The notes beneath the pieces are model-generated. The model searched no databases, was not told the DNA's origin, and saw only the letters and a program-made list of their open reading frames with translations. Both the position numbers and the translations under genes were made by a program. This document shows positions 9,886 to 19,588 of a stretch of DNA of 64,000 nt, one piece after another. How positions within the stretch are numbered: the first letter of the stretch is position 1; each line of letters opens with the position of its first letter. Source of the stretch: Candidatus Latescibacterota bacterium (lineage in GTDB: Bacteria; Latescibacterota; UBA2968; GCA-2709665); contig CBDCOX010000002.1 in the NCBI GenBank assembly GCA_965219995.1, positions 896,001-960,000 on the forward strand, read 5' to 3'.

Positions 9886-10668
9886 ATGGATCTGGGGTTG
9901 AAAGGCCGCAGGGCGCTGGTGACCGGCGCGAGCAAGGGCATCGGTCGGGCAATTGCATACGAGTTGGCAACGGAGGGCGCAGACCTGGCTATCTGCGCCC
10001 GCGGGTCCCGCGCCCTTGAGGATACGGCGGCCGCGTTGAAGGCGGCAACGGGCGTGAACGTGTTCTCGGGCACCGCGGACGTAACGGTCGACCGGGAGGT
10101 CCGTGCTTTCGTGGAAGAGGCCGCCGCCGCGTTGGGCGGAATCGACATCCTCGTGAACAACGCCGGCAGTGCGCTTCCGGGTACCATCGAAGAGGTGGAC
10201 GAGGTTCGCTGGCGCGCGGACCTGGACGTAAAACTGTTCGCCGCAATACGCTGCGTGCGCACAGCCCTGCCTCATCTTAAGGAGAGTCCGCAGGCCAGAA
10301 TTATCAATATCAACTCCATTGTCGGACGCCAGATTGCGCCTGAATACATCGCCAACAGCACCGATCGGGCGGCGTGTCTGGCGCTCAGCAAGGGCCTGGC
10401 GGACAATCTGGCACAGTACGGCATTCTTGTAAACAGCGTGAATCCGGGCAACGTCAGAAGCCAGGCCTGGGACAGCACGCTGGAATACTTCGCGCCGGAC
10501 GCTGAACTGGAAGACTATTACGTCCAGGCGAGCCGGGAAACGCCGCTGGGCAGGGTGGCAGAAGCGGCCGAGATCGCGGCGGTGGTGGCCTTTCTCGCGA
10601 GCAAGCGGGCAAGTTACATCACGGGAGCTTCCATTGACGTGGACGGCGGACTGGTGAGGTACATTTAG
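9886..10668 (+). CDS. SDR family oxidoreductase (atypical; no YxxxK)
   Basis: MDLGLKGRRALVTGASKGIG, NNAG, VDGG; NSTDR occupies the catalytic position; AAGGAG RBS before ATG 9886. Confidence 0.88.
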   Translation: MDLGLKGRRALVTGASKGIGRAIAYELATEGADLAICARGSRALEDTAAALKAATGVNVFSGTADVTVDREVRAFVEEAAAALGGIDILVNNAGSALPGTIEEVDEVRWRADLDVKLFAAIRCVRTALPHLKESPQARIININSIVGRQIAPEYIANSTDRAACLALSKGLADNLAQYGILVNSVNPGNVRSQAWDSTLEYFAPDAELEDYYVQASRETPLGRVAEAAEIAAVVAFLASKRASYITGASIDVDGGLVRYI

Positions 10669-10831
10669 TGTCCCGTCCCGAAAATACCTCACCATTCTTC
10701 CGCAGATTCATCCCGTCTCGCTGCGTTGCCATCGCTCGCCGACCGTGCCAGGTCGCCTGCGCTCCGGCGCCTTGCTAGCCGGGCGACTCTGCGGCCGAAT
10801 CAAGGCAATCTATTTCCGGGACAGAACACCA

Positions 10832-13087
10832 GTGTCCAATCCTCGTTTCGAGAGACTGTCGCCCGTCCCCGGCCTCGGGCTGGAGGGCTACGCCGACGAG
10901 ATGACGCTCCCGGCCGGTTCGGAAATCGCGTTCAAACTGGGAGGGCCGCCCGGTGAGGTTCAGGTAAACCTCGCGAGGCTGATCCACGGAGACCCCAATC
11001 CCCAGGGACCGGGCTACCGGGAAGAATGCGTCTCGTGGGGGCAACCCGAACGGATTTCGGTGGACGAGCGAACAACGGATTACGGATCGTTTGTCGAAAT
11101 TCCGCATGCCGCAACCCTGAACCCGGCAGGCGCATTCACCCTGGCGCTCTGGTTTCTGCCGACGCTGGGCGGCGGGGGATGGCGCGCACTTATGGTGAAG
11201 TGGGCGCGTGAAAACCTGAGCTACGGGATTTTCTTCGCCGGCGAGCGCTTTCTGACCGCTGCCGTGTCTCACGACGGCAGGAAGGCGCACTGGGCAACGG
11301 CCAGAGAGAACATCCATGTCGGCAACTGGCAGTTCGCGGCCTTCTCGTACCATCCGGAACCGGGTGAAATTCGTCTGTATCAGCTGGTCGGGGATACCGC
11401 GGGCGTGGTAGAAACCCGTTCGTCTTCCGATGCACTGAGTTGCATATCGAAAAAAACCGAAACAGGACCGGTCTTCGCGGGTACTGCGCCGCTGGTGTTC
11501 GGCGCCTGCCCGGACCCCAACGGGGAAGGCAGCCATTGGGCGCATTTTACGGGAAAAATCGGACACCCGGTGCTTTTTGGAACCGCTCTGGATCGCGAGG
11601 CGATCCAGGGCCTCGCGGGGGGACGGGACCCCTCGTCCCTCGGCCCGCTGCTGGGTTGCTGGCATTTGGGCGAGGAGGTGACAGGCGCTCGCGTCGTCGA
11701 TCTCTCCGGAAACGGGCATCACGGGCACGCCGCAAATGCGCCGGGGCGTGCGGTTACGGGCCCGTTCTGGCGCGGAATGCCGTCCCGGCTCTATACGGAT
11801 CAGCCCGACGATTACAACGCGGTCTACCTGCACGAAGACGACCTGGAAGACGCCGGCTGGCCGACTTCGTTCGTGGCCGAAGTACCCGCCGACGCCAGGT
11901 CAGGGATCTATACGCTCCGTGCCGAGACGGATGCGGACACACTCTTCGTTCCGTTCATCGTGACGTCGAAGGCGCCGCGGTCGGAACTGGCATGCCTGAT
12001 CCCCACGCTTACCTGGCAGGCGTACCGAAGCAACCGCGCGGCGTACAGTTATACGGAAGACGGTGTGCTGGACCGCACCTTGTGCACCTACGACGTTCAC
12101 AGCGACGGGTCGATGGTAACCTATTATTCACGCCTGCAGCCCACGCGGGGCTGGAATCCCGGTGCCGGCTTCCAGAACTGGGGCGCACACAATATCACCG
12201 CGAATCTCTACCTGATTGACTGGCTGGAAGCGCTTGACTTCGAATACGATGTCTTTGCGGACGAAGACCTGCATCGCGGGGGTGCCGGGCTCCTCTCGAA
12301 ATATCGATGTGTAATTCTGGGCAGCCACCCCGAATACCACACGGAAACCATGGTGGACAGCCTGGCGGCATACGTCCGAAACGGGGGCCGCCTCGTCTAT
12401 CTGGGCGGCAATGGCCTGTACTGGGTGATGACCATCGACCCCCGCCGTCCGCACCTGATCGAACTTCGCCGGGGAGGAGAAGGCGACTACGGTCCCACGT
12501 ACGATCCCCCACCGGGGGAATCCCAGCACAGCACGACGCTCGAACTGGGGGGCCTGTGGGCAAGGCGCGGGCGTCCGCCCCGCAGGACGGTCGGTGTTGA
12601 ACATGCATCGAACGCCTGGATCGAAGCGGGAGAAAGGAGGGGCTTTCGTCGCCTGCCTTCGAGCAGAGACGCCAGGTACGCGTGGATTTTCAACGGCGTC
12701 GGTGACGATGAGGCCATCGGAGACTTCGGCCTGAATCTGGGCAGTGCGGCCGGATTCGAAATGGATGCCGTGCAGTCCTGGGCATGGGACGAGTCCACGC
12801 CCGAACCCGTCGTCCTCGCACGGGCGGCGCATCCCGGATTCATCCCCGCCCGTCGCACGCACGTTCCGCCCGCCGCGGACCTGGCCATTATGGCATATCC
12901 GCGGGGAGGCGCGGTCTTTTCGGCGGGTTCCGTAACCTGGACCGGAAGCCTCTCCCACAACGATTATCTGAACAATGTTTCCGCCATCACCCGAAACGTG
13001 ATTCGCAGGTTCCTGGATGCGCCCGTAGGACGCACGGTGATCGGAAGCGCCGTCGAGACATCACCGCCGGACGCATCCTCGACATGA
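10832..13087 (+). CDS. N,N-dimethylformamidase large-subunit family protein with LamG-like domain
   Basis: RLIHGDPNPQGPG, SGIY, PTLTWQAY, YDVHSDGS, HPEY, YLGGNGLYW, AGFEMD, GGAVFSAGSVTW, NNVSAIT.NVIRRF; start uncertain (GTG 10832 or 10745). Confidence 0.85.
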   Translation: MSNPRFERLSPVPGLGLEGYADEMTLPAGSEIAFKLGGPPGEVQVNLARLIHGDPNPQGPGYREECVSWGQPERISVDERTTDYGSFVEIPHAATLNPAGAFTLALWFLPTLGGGGWRALMVKWARENLSYGIFFAGERFLTAAVSHDGRKAHWATARENIHVGNWQFAAFSYHPEPGEIRLYQLVGDTAGVVETRSSSDALSCISKKTETGPVFAGTAPLVFGACPDPNGEGSHWAHFTGKIGHPVLFGTALDREAIQGLAGGRDPSSLGPLLGCWHLGEEVTGARVVDLSGNGHHGHAANAPGRAVTGPFWRGMPSRLYTDQPDDYNAVYLHEDDLEDAGWPTSFVAEVPADARSGIYTLRAETDADTLFVPFIVTSKAPRSELACLIPTLTWQAYRSNRAAYSYTEDGVLDRTLCTYDVHSDGSMVTYYSRLQPTRGWNPGAGFQNWGAHNITANLYLIDWLEALDFEYDVFADEDLHRGGAGLLSKYRCVILGSHPEYHTETMVDSLAAYVRNGGRLVYLGGNGLYWVMTIDPRRPHLIELRRGGEGDYGPTYDPPPGESQHSTTLELGGLWARRGRPPRRTVGVEHASNAWIEAGERRGFRRLPSSRDARYAWIFNGVGDDEAIGDFGLNLGSAAGFEMDAVQSWAWDESTPEPVVLARAAHPGFIPARRTHVPPAADLAIMAYPRGGAVFSAGSVTWTGSLSHNDYLNNVSAITRNVIRRFLDAPVGRTVIGSAVETSPPDASST

Positions 13088-13118
13088 ATGGCGACGCCAC
13101 AAGGGAGAGACCGATCCG

Positions 13119-14186
13119 ATGAAATCCGGACATTCAGAAGACCCCCGGGACCTGATGCAGCGCCTCGACGAAGACGCCGTCATCTGCGCCGAGGGATATC
13201 TGTTTGAACTCGAGCGTCGAGGGTATCTGCAGGCGGGGCCCTTCGTGCCTGAAGTCGTACTGGAGCATCCCGAAGTCGTCGCGGGTTTGCATCGGGAATT
13301 CTGGCGCGCGGGTTCGGACGTGATCGAGGCGTTTACATATTACGGCCACCGCGAAAAGCTGCGCCTTATCGGCAAGGAACACCTTCTGGAACCCCTCCAG
13401 AAGCGCGCGCTGGCGATCGCGAAATCGGTCGCCGCCTCGGTCGACGGAGAACGTCCGCTGGTTGCCGGAAATATCTGCAATACCAACATCTGGGATCCGG
13501 CCGATCGCGCGACCGACGTTCAGGTTTCGGAGATGTTCGACGAACAGGTGGCCTGGGCGGTCGAAGCAGGCGTCGATTTCATGATTGGAGAGACATTCTC
13601 CTTTTTCGGCGAGGCCGCCCTGGCGTTGGCAGCCATAAAGCGCGCCGGAATAACGGGGGTCGTGACGTTTGCCCACCATCGGGAGAAGGGGCTGCGGGAC
13701 GGGATCATGCTGGATGAGGCCGCAAAGCGTCTGGAACAGGCCGGCGCAGACGTGGTGGGGGTAAACTGCACCAGAGGGCCGCAGACGATGCTGCCCGACG
13801 TGGAACGCATTCGGCGTGCGGTCTCCTGTCACGTGGCGGCATTGCCGGTGCCGTATCGAACGACGACGGAGCAGCCCACGTTTCAGTCGCTTCGGGAGGA
13901 GGGCTCCGAACCGCCGCCCGTGGGACGTTCGTTTCCAACGGCCTTGGATCCATTTGTCTGCCACAGGTACGAAATGGCCGCGTTTGCACGCCGGGCCTTC
14001 GATATGGGTGTCCGGTACCTGGGGGTCTGCTGCGGTTCCGGACCCCATCACGTCCGATCCATCACCGAAGAACTGGGGCGTACTCCACCGGCCAGCCGGT
14101 ACTCTCCCGATATGTCCGGGCATTACGCGCTGGGGAACGACTCCAGCCTCAAGAGCCACAATCGGGCGTATGTCGAAAAGCTGTGA
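13119..14186 (+). CDS. Betaine-homocysteine S-methyltransferase-like protein
   Basis: AEGYLFELERRGYLQAGPFVPEVVLEHPE, AFTYYGHREK, GVNC.RGP, YLGVCCG (bacterial BHMT-type signature). Confidence 0.88.
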   Translation: MKSGHSEDPRDLMQRLDEDAVICAEGYLFELERRGYLQAGPFVPEVVLEHPEVVAGLHREFWRAGSDVIEAFTYYGHREKLRLIGKEHLLEPLQKRALAIAKSVAASVDGERPLVAGNICNTNIWDPADRATDVQVSEMFDEQVAWAVEAGVDFMIGETFSFFGEAALALAAIKRAGITGVVTFAHHREKGLRDGIMLDEAAKRLEQAGADVVGVNCTRGPQTMLPDVERIRRAVSCHVAALPVPYRTTTEQPTFQSLREEGSEPPPVGRSFPTALDPFVCHRYEMAAFARRAFDMGVRYLGVCCGSGPHHVRSITEELGRTPPASRYSPDMSGHYALGNDSSLKSHNRAYVEKL

Positions 14187-14262
14187 GGCATCCCGCGGCC
14201 GCGCAGTACCTTCATTTGTACGTTCGACCGGAAGCTGCCGGCGCCACGGAGCGTTCAAGTCG

Positions 14263-15867
14263 ATGCGATCATGTGCGGAGGCCATTGCCGAATCCCTGTA
14301 CGAAGAAAACGTCCGGTACGTTTTCGGTCATCCCGGCGGGGAGGTCGTGGATCTGATCGACGCGCTGGAGAATACCGGTATCCGGTTCGTACTGACGGGG
14401 CACGAGGCCGCGGCCGCCTTCATGGCCAGCGCGGTCGGACGGCTCACCGGGACGCCCGGCGTGTGCCTGGCGACGCTTGGACCGGGTGCATGCAATCTGG
14501 TGCTGGGCGTCGGCGCCGCTTTTCTCGACCGGGACCCGATGCTGGCCATTTCCGCGCGCAGTCCGGCATCGCGGTCCGGAGTCAGCCAGAAACAGAATCT
14601 GTCTCTCCATGAAGTGTTCGATCCCGTCTGCAAATGGTCCGTTGCCGGTGAAAATAACGGCATTGAGACCACCGTGCGGTCCGCTATGGGGCTGGCGACG
14701 GCGGCGCCGGCCGGTCCGGTGTACCTCACGATTCCCAATGACGTTGCCGTGGCCGACGCGTCGCCGGGCGGTGGGGTAAGGACGCCCGATCGCCTGAATT
14801 GCGAGCGCACCGGAGATCCCGATACAATCTTAAAGGCGCTGAATCGGGCGAGACGCCCCGTCGGCATTGTCGGCGTCGCGTTGAACGTGCGGCAGGATTC
14901 CGCCGCAGTGCGCCGGTTTTTCGCAACGTCACACATTCCGTATGTGGTCCTGCCGCAGGCCAAGGGCGTCGTGGACGAATTCGGCGCGGGGTATCTGGGC
15001 ACGGTGGCGTCGGCCGCGGGAGACGCCGCCCTTGTGAAGCTGATCCGGAAAAGCGATTGCCTGCTGGGCGTGGGCTTCGACCCCGTCGAGTCGGCGCAGG
15101 AATGGCATTTGCGCCAACCCGTCTTCTCCGTGGCCAATGCCTCGATCGCCTTTGGCGACTTCGCGCCGGCGTCCGAGTGCGTGGGCGACGTCACATTCCT
15201 GCTCGATCGGCTGCTGGAAGGGTACAACGGGCGACAGTCGTGGACGGCGGGCGAAATCCGTGAATCTCAGAACACGGTCGGGGATGCGATCCGTCCCGGG
15301 ACCGACGCCACCGCCCTGGGCGCTTCTCCATACCATCTGCTGCGTGAATTGAACGAGACGATGCCCGGGGAGACGATTCTCTCGGTGGACGTTGGCGCCC
15401 ACAAGATGCTGATTTCGCAGGTGTGGCGAGCGCGTTCGCCCGGGTCGTTTCTAACGTCAAACGGCCTGTCCGCGATGGGCTACGGGCTGCCGTCGGCACT
15501 GGCGGCGGCGCTCATCCTGCCGGACCGGCCGGTGGCGGGCGTGTTTGGCGACGCCGGATTCGCGATGATGGTCCAGGAGTTGGAAACGGCGCGCAGGCTG
15601 GGCGTGCGCCCGTTACTGGTGGTGCTGTGCGACCGGTCTCTGGCCATCGTCAAGGTCGCCCAGGCCATGCGGCGCATTCCGTTCCGGGGCGTGGATTTCC
15701 AGCCGGTGGACTGGGCGAAGGTCGCCGAGGGCTTCGGCGCCAGGGGCGTGAACGTGACGCGTCCGGAGGAAATGCGAAGGGTGGGGGAGGAGTGGCTGGC
15801 AAAACCGGAACTGACGGTTGTGGCCGCCCATGTGGACGAGGGATTATACACCGCGATGGAATATTGA
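14263..15867 (+). CDS. Thiamine pyrophosphate-dependent enzyme (acetolactate synthase-like superfamily)
   Basis: VFGHPGG, HEAAAAFMA, TLGPGA.N, DVGAH, SNGLSAMGYGLP, GDAGF TPP motif. Confidence 0.9.
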   Translation: MRSCAEAIAESLYEENVRYVFGHPGGEVVDLIDALENTGIRFVLTGHEAAAAFMASAVGRLTGTPGVCLATLGPGACNLVLGVGAAFLDRDPMLAISARSPASRSGVSQKQNLSLHEVFDPVCKWSVAGENNGIETTVRSAMGLATAAPAGPVYLTIPNDVAVADASPGGGVRTPDRLNCERTGDPDTILKALNRARRPVGIVGVALNVRQDSAAVRRFFATSHIPYVVLPQAKGVVDEFGAGYLGTVASAAGDAALVKLIRKSDCLLGVGFDPVESAQEWHLRQPVFSVANASIAFGDFAPASECVGDVTFLLDRLLEGYNGRQSWTAGEIRESQNTVGDAIRPGTDATALGASPYHLLRELNETMPGETILSVDVGAHKMLISQVWRARSPGSFLTSNGLSAMGYGLPSALAAALILPDRPVAGVFGDAGFAMMVQELETARRLGVRPLLVVLCDRSLAIVKVAQAMRRIPFRGVDFQPVDWAKVAEGFGARGVNVTRPEEMRRVGEEWLAKPELTVVAAHVDEGLYTAMEY

Positions 15868-15922
15868 CGTCACGCGGCGTTTTCTGCGCCGGACGGATCA
15901 GGATGCAAATGCGAGGCAACCC

Positions 15923-17260
15923 ATGCGCTTACCGGAACACACGACCTATCTCATTATAGGCGCAGGCGTGCACGGTCTGAGCACCGGTTATCACCTGGCG
16001 CGGGAATTGAAACGGCGGCGCAGAGGCGGCGGTGCCGAGGTACTGATTGTAGACAAGACGGGGGTGGCCGCGGGCGCTTCCGGCATCGCCTGCGGCGTGA
16101 TCCGCAACAACTATTTCCAGCCGGCCATGCGCGAACTGATGGCGCACAGCGTCGAAATATGGGAGTCCGATCCGGAATCGTTCAGTTACCACCCCGTTGG
16201 CTACATGCAGATCAGCCCCGAGTCCATGCACGAGGACGTCGCCGGCATCGCGCAACAGCAGCGTGAGATCGGTTACGAATCCGAGTTCATAGAAGGCGGC
16301 GCAGACTGTATGAAATATATGCGGGGTCTCTTTCACGACTGGCAGGCGAAGGGCGTCACGTCGGTACTTCACGAGAAAAGAGGGGGTTACGCGAACAATC
16401 GCGCATCGATGACGGGCCTGGCAGCAAAGGCGGAAGCCGAAGGCGTCAGGATTCTGGAGGGCGTCCAGGTGACCGGATTCCGGTTCGGCGGAGGGGCAAT
16501 TTCGGCGGTGGAAACGGATTGCGGCGCGGTCCGGGCAGACGAAGTCGTCATCGCCGCGGGACCCTGGACAAAACTGCTCTGGGACATGCTGGATCTGCCC
16601 GGATCGGTGAGCATCAAGGGCGCGGACGGGGGCCTGCACCACAATATTCCGATGTGGAGCTACTGGTGTCTGCAGGAAGGCACATTGGGCGTAGACCCCC
16701 ACTGTCTCAAGACCAACGACGGGAGGATGCCCCCCGTCATCCATCTGGACACGGACGCGCCGCTTTATTCAGATGTCGACGGTTCGTTGATTACGGACCG
16801 CGAATGGGGCATCTACTACAAACCGGATTTTCACTTCGGGGGGGTACAGGGGGGGGCAATGCCCTACCGCGTGGAGAGACCTGCGGACGAGGTGGCGGTG
16901 GATCCCTACGGACCGGAATCCCCCGATTTCATCGTCGGCGACCGGTTTGCGCATCAGTGGTGTTCCGCCCTGGCATTCTGCCACAAACGCTTTGAAGGTA
17001 AGTCCACGCTCTTCAGGAAAGAACCATCCGGCGGCATCGGCGCGTTCACACCCGACAGTTTCCCGGTGTTCGACCGGTTTCACGGGAACGGATATATAAT
17101 CGCGGATTCCAACCACGGGTACAAGATGATCGGCGTGGGTCGGCTGGTCGCCGAGGAACTCGTGGGCGGATGCTCCCACCTCCTGGAGCCGTTCCGCTTC
17201 TCCCGTTACGCCGAGGGCAGGCTGCATCCGGTTTCCAACAGCCCGTTTCCCTGGAGCTGA
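15923..17260 (+). CDS. FAD-dependent oxidoreductase, sarcosine oxidase beta / N-methylglutamate dehydrogenase subunit A-like
   Basis: IIGAGVHGLSTGYHLA, GASGIACGVIRNNY, TPDSFPVFD, DSNHGYKMIGVG, SPFPWS C-terminus. Confidence 0.8.
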   Translation: MRLPEHTTYLIIGAGVHGLSTGYHLARELKRRRRGGGAEVLIVDKTGVAAGASGIACGVIRNNYFQPAMRELMAHSVEIWESDPESFSYHPVGYMQISPESMHEDVAGIAQQQREIGYESEFIEGGADCMKYMRGLFHDWQAKGVTSVLHEKRGGYANNRASMTGLAAKAEAEGVRILEGVQVTGFRFGGGAISAVETDCGAVRADEVVIAAGPWTKLLWDMLDLPGSVSIKGADGGLHHNIPMWSYWCLQEGTLGVDPHCLKTNDGRMPPVIHLDTDAPLYSDVDGSLITDREWGIYYKPDFHFGGVQGGAMPYRVERPADEVAVDPYGPESPDFIVGDRFAHQWCSALAFCHKRFEGKSTLFRKEPSGGIGAFTPDSFPVFDRFHGNGYIIADSNHGYKMIGVGRLVAEELVGGCSHLLEPFRFSRYAEGRLHPVSNSPFPWS

Positions 17261-17330
17261 CCACCGACCGCGTGGATGCCGGAAGGAAGTCCCGGGATTC
17301 AGTCCGGGAACGCAGACGGAGCATGCACCG

Positions 17331-18578
17331 ATGTTAGAACCCGACGTCCGGCGGTACATGCGGGTCCGGCTTACGGACTGGGGCGACGCTGTGCGCATCG
17401 ATCTCAACCAACTCGGCGCGCGGCTGCCGGCGCAGGGTGCGCCCGGCGCAACATGGTCGGAAGCAACGGGGGAGTCGTTGCGGGACGAATGGGCCGAATC
17501 TCAGAACGAGGCGCTTTGCGACACGATGGCGGACGTCGCCGCCTGTTCCGGAGGGGGCTTCGATTCGTTCGCCGAGTGGACCGTGCTGCACAACAGGCGG
17601 TACGACGGCGCCCATATGCGCGAATTGCGGCGGGCGCGGTTCCGCCGGGGCTACCGGGCAGCGATCACGACGCTCGGCTGGGCGCATCCGGGAACTCCCC
17701 TTTCCACTTCCATTCAGGCCGTGGCTTACGTGCCGAAAACCGGTGCCGGTTTCAAACAGTCCGTGTGGCGGCCCGAGTCGCTATACGACACCGAATTCAT
17801 GGCGCTCGCGCCCGCCGTGGTGACGGATTTCGGCGGAGGCCGGCAGATCCATCTGTCGGGCGTTGTCGCGTGGGACGAGCGAATCAATCCGCTCTTCGAA
17901 GGCCAGCCGGAACGCCAGATTTCCCATGTATTCGACCTCATCCAGGACGTTTTCAGTGAAGGCGGCGGATCGCTGGGCGACGTTGTGCGGCTGCGTCCAT
18001 TCGCCCACTCTTCGGAGATCGCGCGGATCATCCGGGCGGAGGTCAGCCGCCGCTGGGCGGGGAGTCCGAAGCCCGTGGTGATGATGTCGGACAGCCGGAA
18101 ATTCGGCGATCCGCCCAGTCTGTACGCGGAAATACAGGTCATGGGCGTGACGTCGGACGGCCACGGCAGGGTTCGCCACCGCGAAGCGGAACTCCCCGTG
18201 GAGACGATCGACGAAGGTGCTACCCGCATCCGCTGCAGCCGGACGCGCGAGTGGGAAATGGTCCATGTGGGTGAACTTCGGGCGCGCCCGGACGCCAGTT
18301 GGATGCGGGAAGCCGAGCAGGTCACCGGTCAGATCAGTGCGGTCCTCGAAAGGATGTCCCTCACTCCCGACGACGTCTGTCTGACACTGGCCTATGTGAG
18401 TTCACCCGAAGCCGCCGCGGCCTTCCCGGAAACGGTGACCGGGGCGGTACCGGTTGAAACCGTGCACGTGCTGCCGTGTCCGGCAATGCCCGAATTGGAC
18501 GGCAGCTGCATCAAGGTGGAGATGACGGCTCGAAGACGTCTGGATCCGGCCTCCAGGTCGCAGGCCGGTCCCTCCTGA
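17331..18578 (+). CDS. Multidomain RidA/YjgF-like protein
   Basis: Central IHLSGVVA...RQISHVFDLIQDVFSEGGGSLGDVVRL...EIQVMG segment, plus a second similar C-terminal unit ending IKVEMTA. Confidence 0.5.
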   Translation: MLEPDVRRYMRVRLTDWGDAVRIDLNQLGARLPAQGAPGATWSEATGESLRDEWAESQNEALCDTMADVAACSGGGFDSFAEWTVLHNRRYDGAHMRELRRARFRRGYRAAITTLGWAHPGTPLSTSIQAVAYVPKTGAGFKQSVWRPESLYDTEFMALAPAVVTDFGGGRQIHLSGVVAWDERINPLFEGQPERQISHVFDLIQDVFSEGGGSLGDVVRLRPFAHSSEIARIIRAEVSRRWAGSPKPVVMMSDSRKFGDPPSLYAEIQVMGVTSDGHGRVRHREAELPVETIDEGATRIRCSRTREWEMVHVGELRARPDASWMREAEQVTGQISAVLERMSLTPDDVCLTLAYVSSPEAAAAFPETVTGAVPVETVHVLPCPAMPELDGSCIKVEMTARRRLDPASRSQAGPS

Positions 18579-18694
18579 CGGGGTGGTCCGTGAAGGATCG
18601 CTCGGCGCTTTTTGCCCACGGGCCCACGCGGGAACGATCCGCACCGCAGAAATGTCCAATGCATAGAGCGCAGTTTTTCATGATGGGGCTGGAA

Positions 18695-19585
18695 ATGCGT
18701 ATATCGGCAACGGGATTGACAAAAGTCTATCCGAAGGGGACTGTACCCGCGCTGAACAACGTCGACCTGGAAATTGGACGGGGAACGTTCGGTCTGCTGG
18801 GCCCGAACGGCGCCGGAAAAACCACGCTGATCAAGGTTCTTTCAACGCAGATGGCGCCAACGGCCGGCCAAGTCAGAATTGGCGCCTGGGACCTGCAGCG
18901 AAACCGTTCCGAAGTGCGGCGGCGGCTGGGCTACCTTCCCCAGCACTTCGGAGCGTATCCGCAACTGACGGCGTGGGAATTTCTGGACTACATGGACCGG
19001 CTGGCAGCCGGGCGACGTCGGATCGGGCGGAGGGCGCGAGTGCGTCGTGCGCTCGAAAACGTGGGGCTTTACGACGCGCGGGACCGACGGACCGGCACTT
19101 TTTCCGGTGGAATGATGCGGCGGCTCGGGATTGCCCAGGCCATTGTCGGCGATCCGGAAATCCTGATTGTGGACGAGCCCACCGTGGGGCTCGATCCGGA
19201 AGAACGCATCCGTTTTCGAGGGATTCTCGCTCGACTGAGCCGGGACAGGACAATCCTGATTTCCACCCATATCGTCGGCGATGTTTCGAGCACCTGCGAC
19301 GACCTGGCGGTGCTGAATGAAGGGCGGATCGTCTACAGGGGGTCGCCCGATGCCCTCGTCGCTCGTGCGGATGACAAGACCTGGCGGGTACGGGCGGACG
19401 ACTCGGAGTTCGAGACGATATCCCGGCGATTTCTGGTTGTGACGGTCGCTGTGGACGGCGGGCGAATGGACCTCCGGTTCGTGGGCGACGGCCACCCGCC
19501 CGCCCACGCCGAACCGGTACCGCCGAACCTCGAAGACGCATACGTGTACTTTATGGGCCGGGAGAGTCAGGAAAGGGCGGCGTAG
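18695..19585 (+). CDS. ABC transporter ATP-binding protein (ABC-2/DrrA type)
   Basis: GPNGAGKTT, GYLPQ, FSGGM, VDEPTVGLD, STH, LEDAY. Confidence 0.93.
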   Translation: MRISATGLTKVYPKGTVPALNNVDLEIGRGTFGLLGPNGAGKTTLIKVLSTQMAPTAGQVRIGAWDLQRNRSEVRRRLGYLPQHFGAYPQLTAWEFLDYMDRLAAGRRRIGRRARVRRALENVGLYDARDRRTGTFSGGMMRRLGIAQAIVGDPEILIVDEPTVGLDPEERIRFRGILARLSRDRTILISTHIVGDVSSTCDDLAVLNEGRIVYRGSPDALVARADDKTWRVRADDSEFETISRRFLVVTVAVDGGRMDLRFVGDGHPPAHAEPVPPNLEDAYVYFMGRESQERAA

Positions 19586-19588
19586 GCC

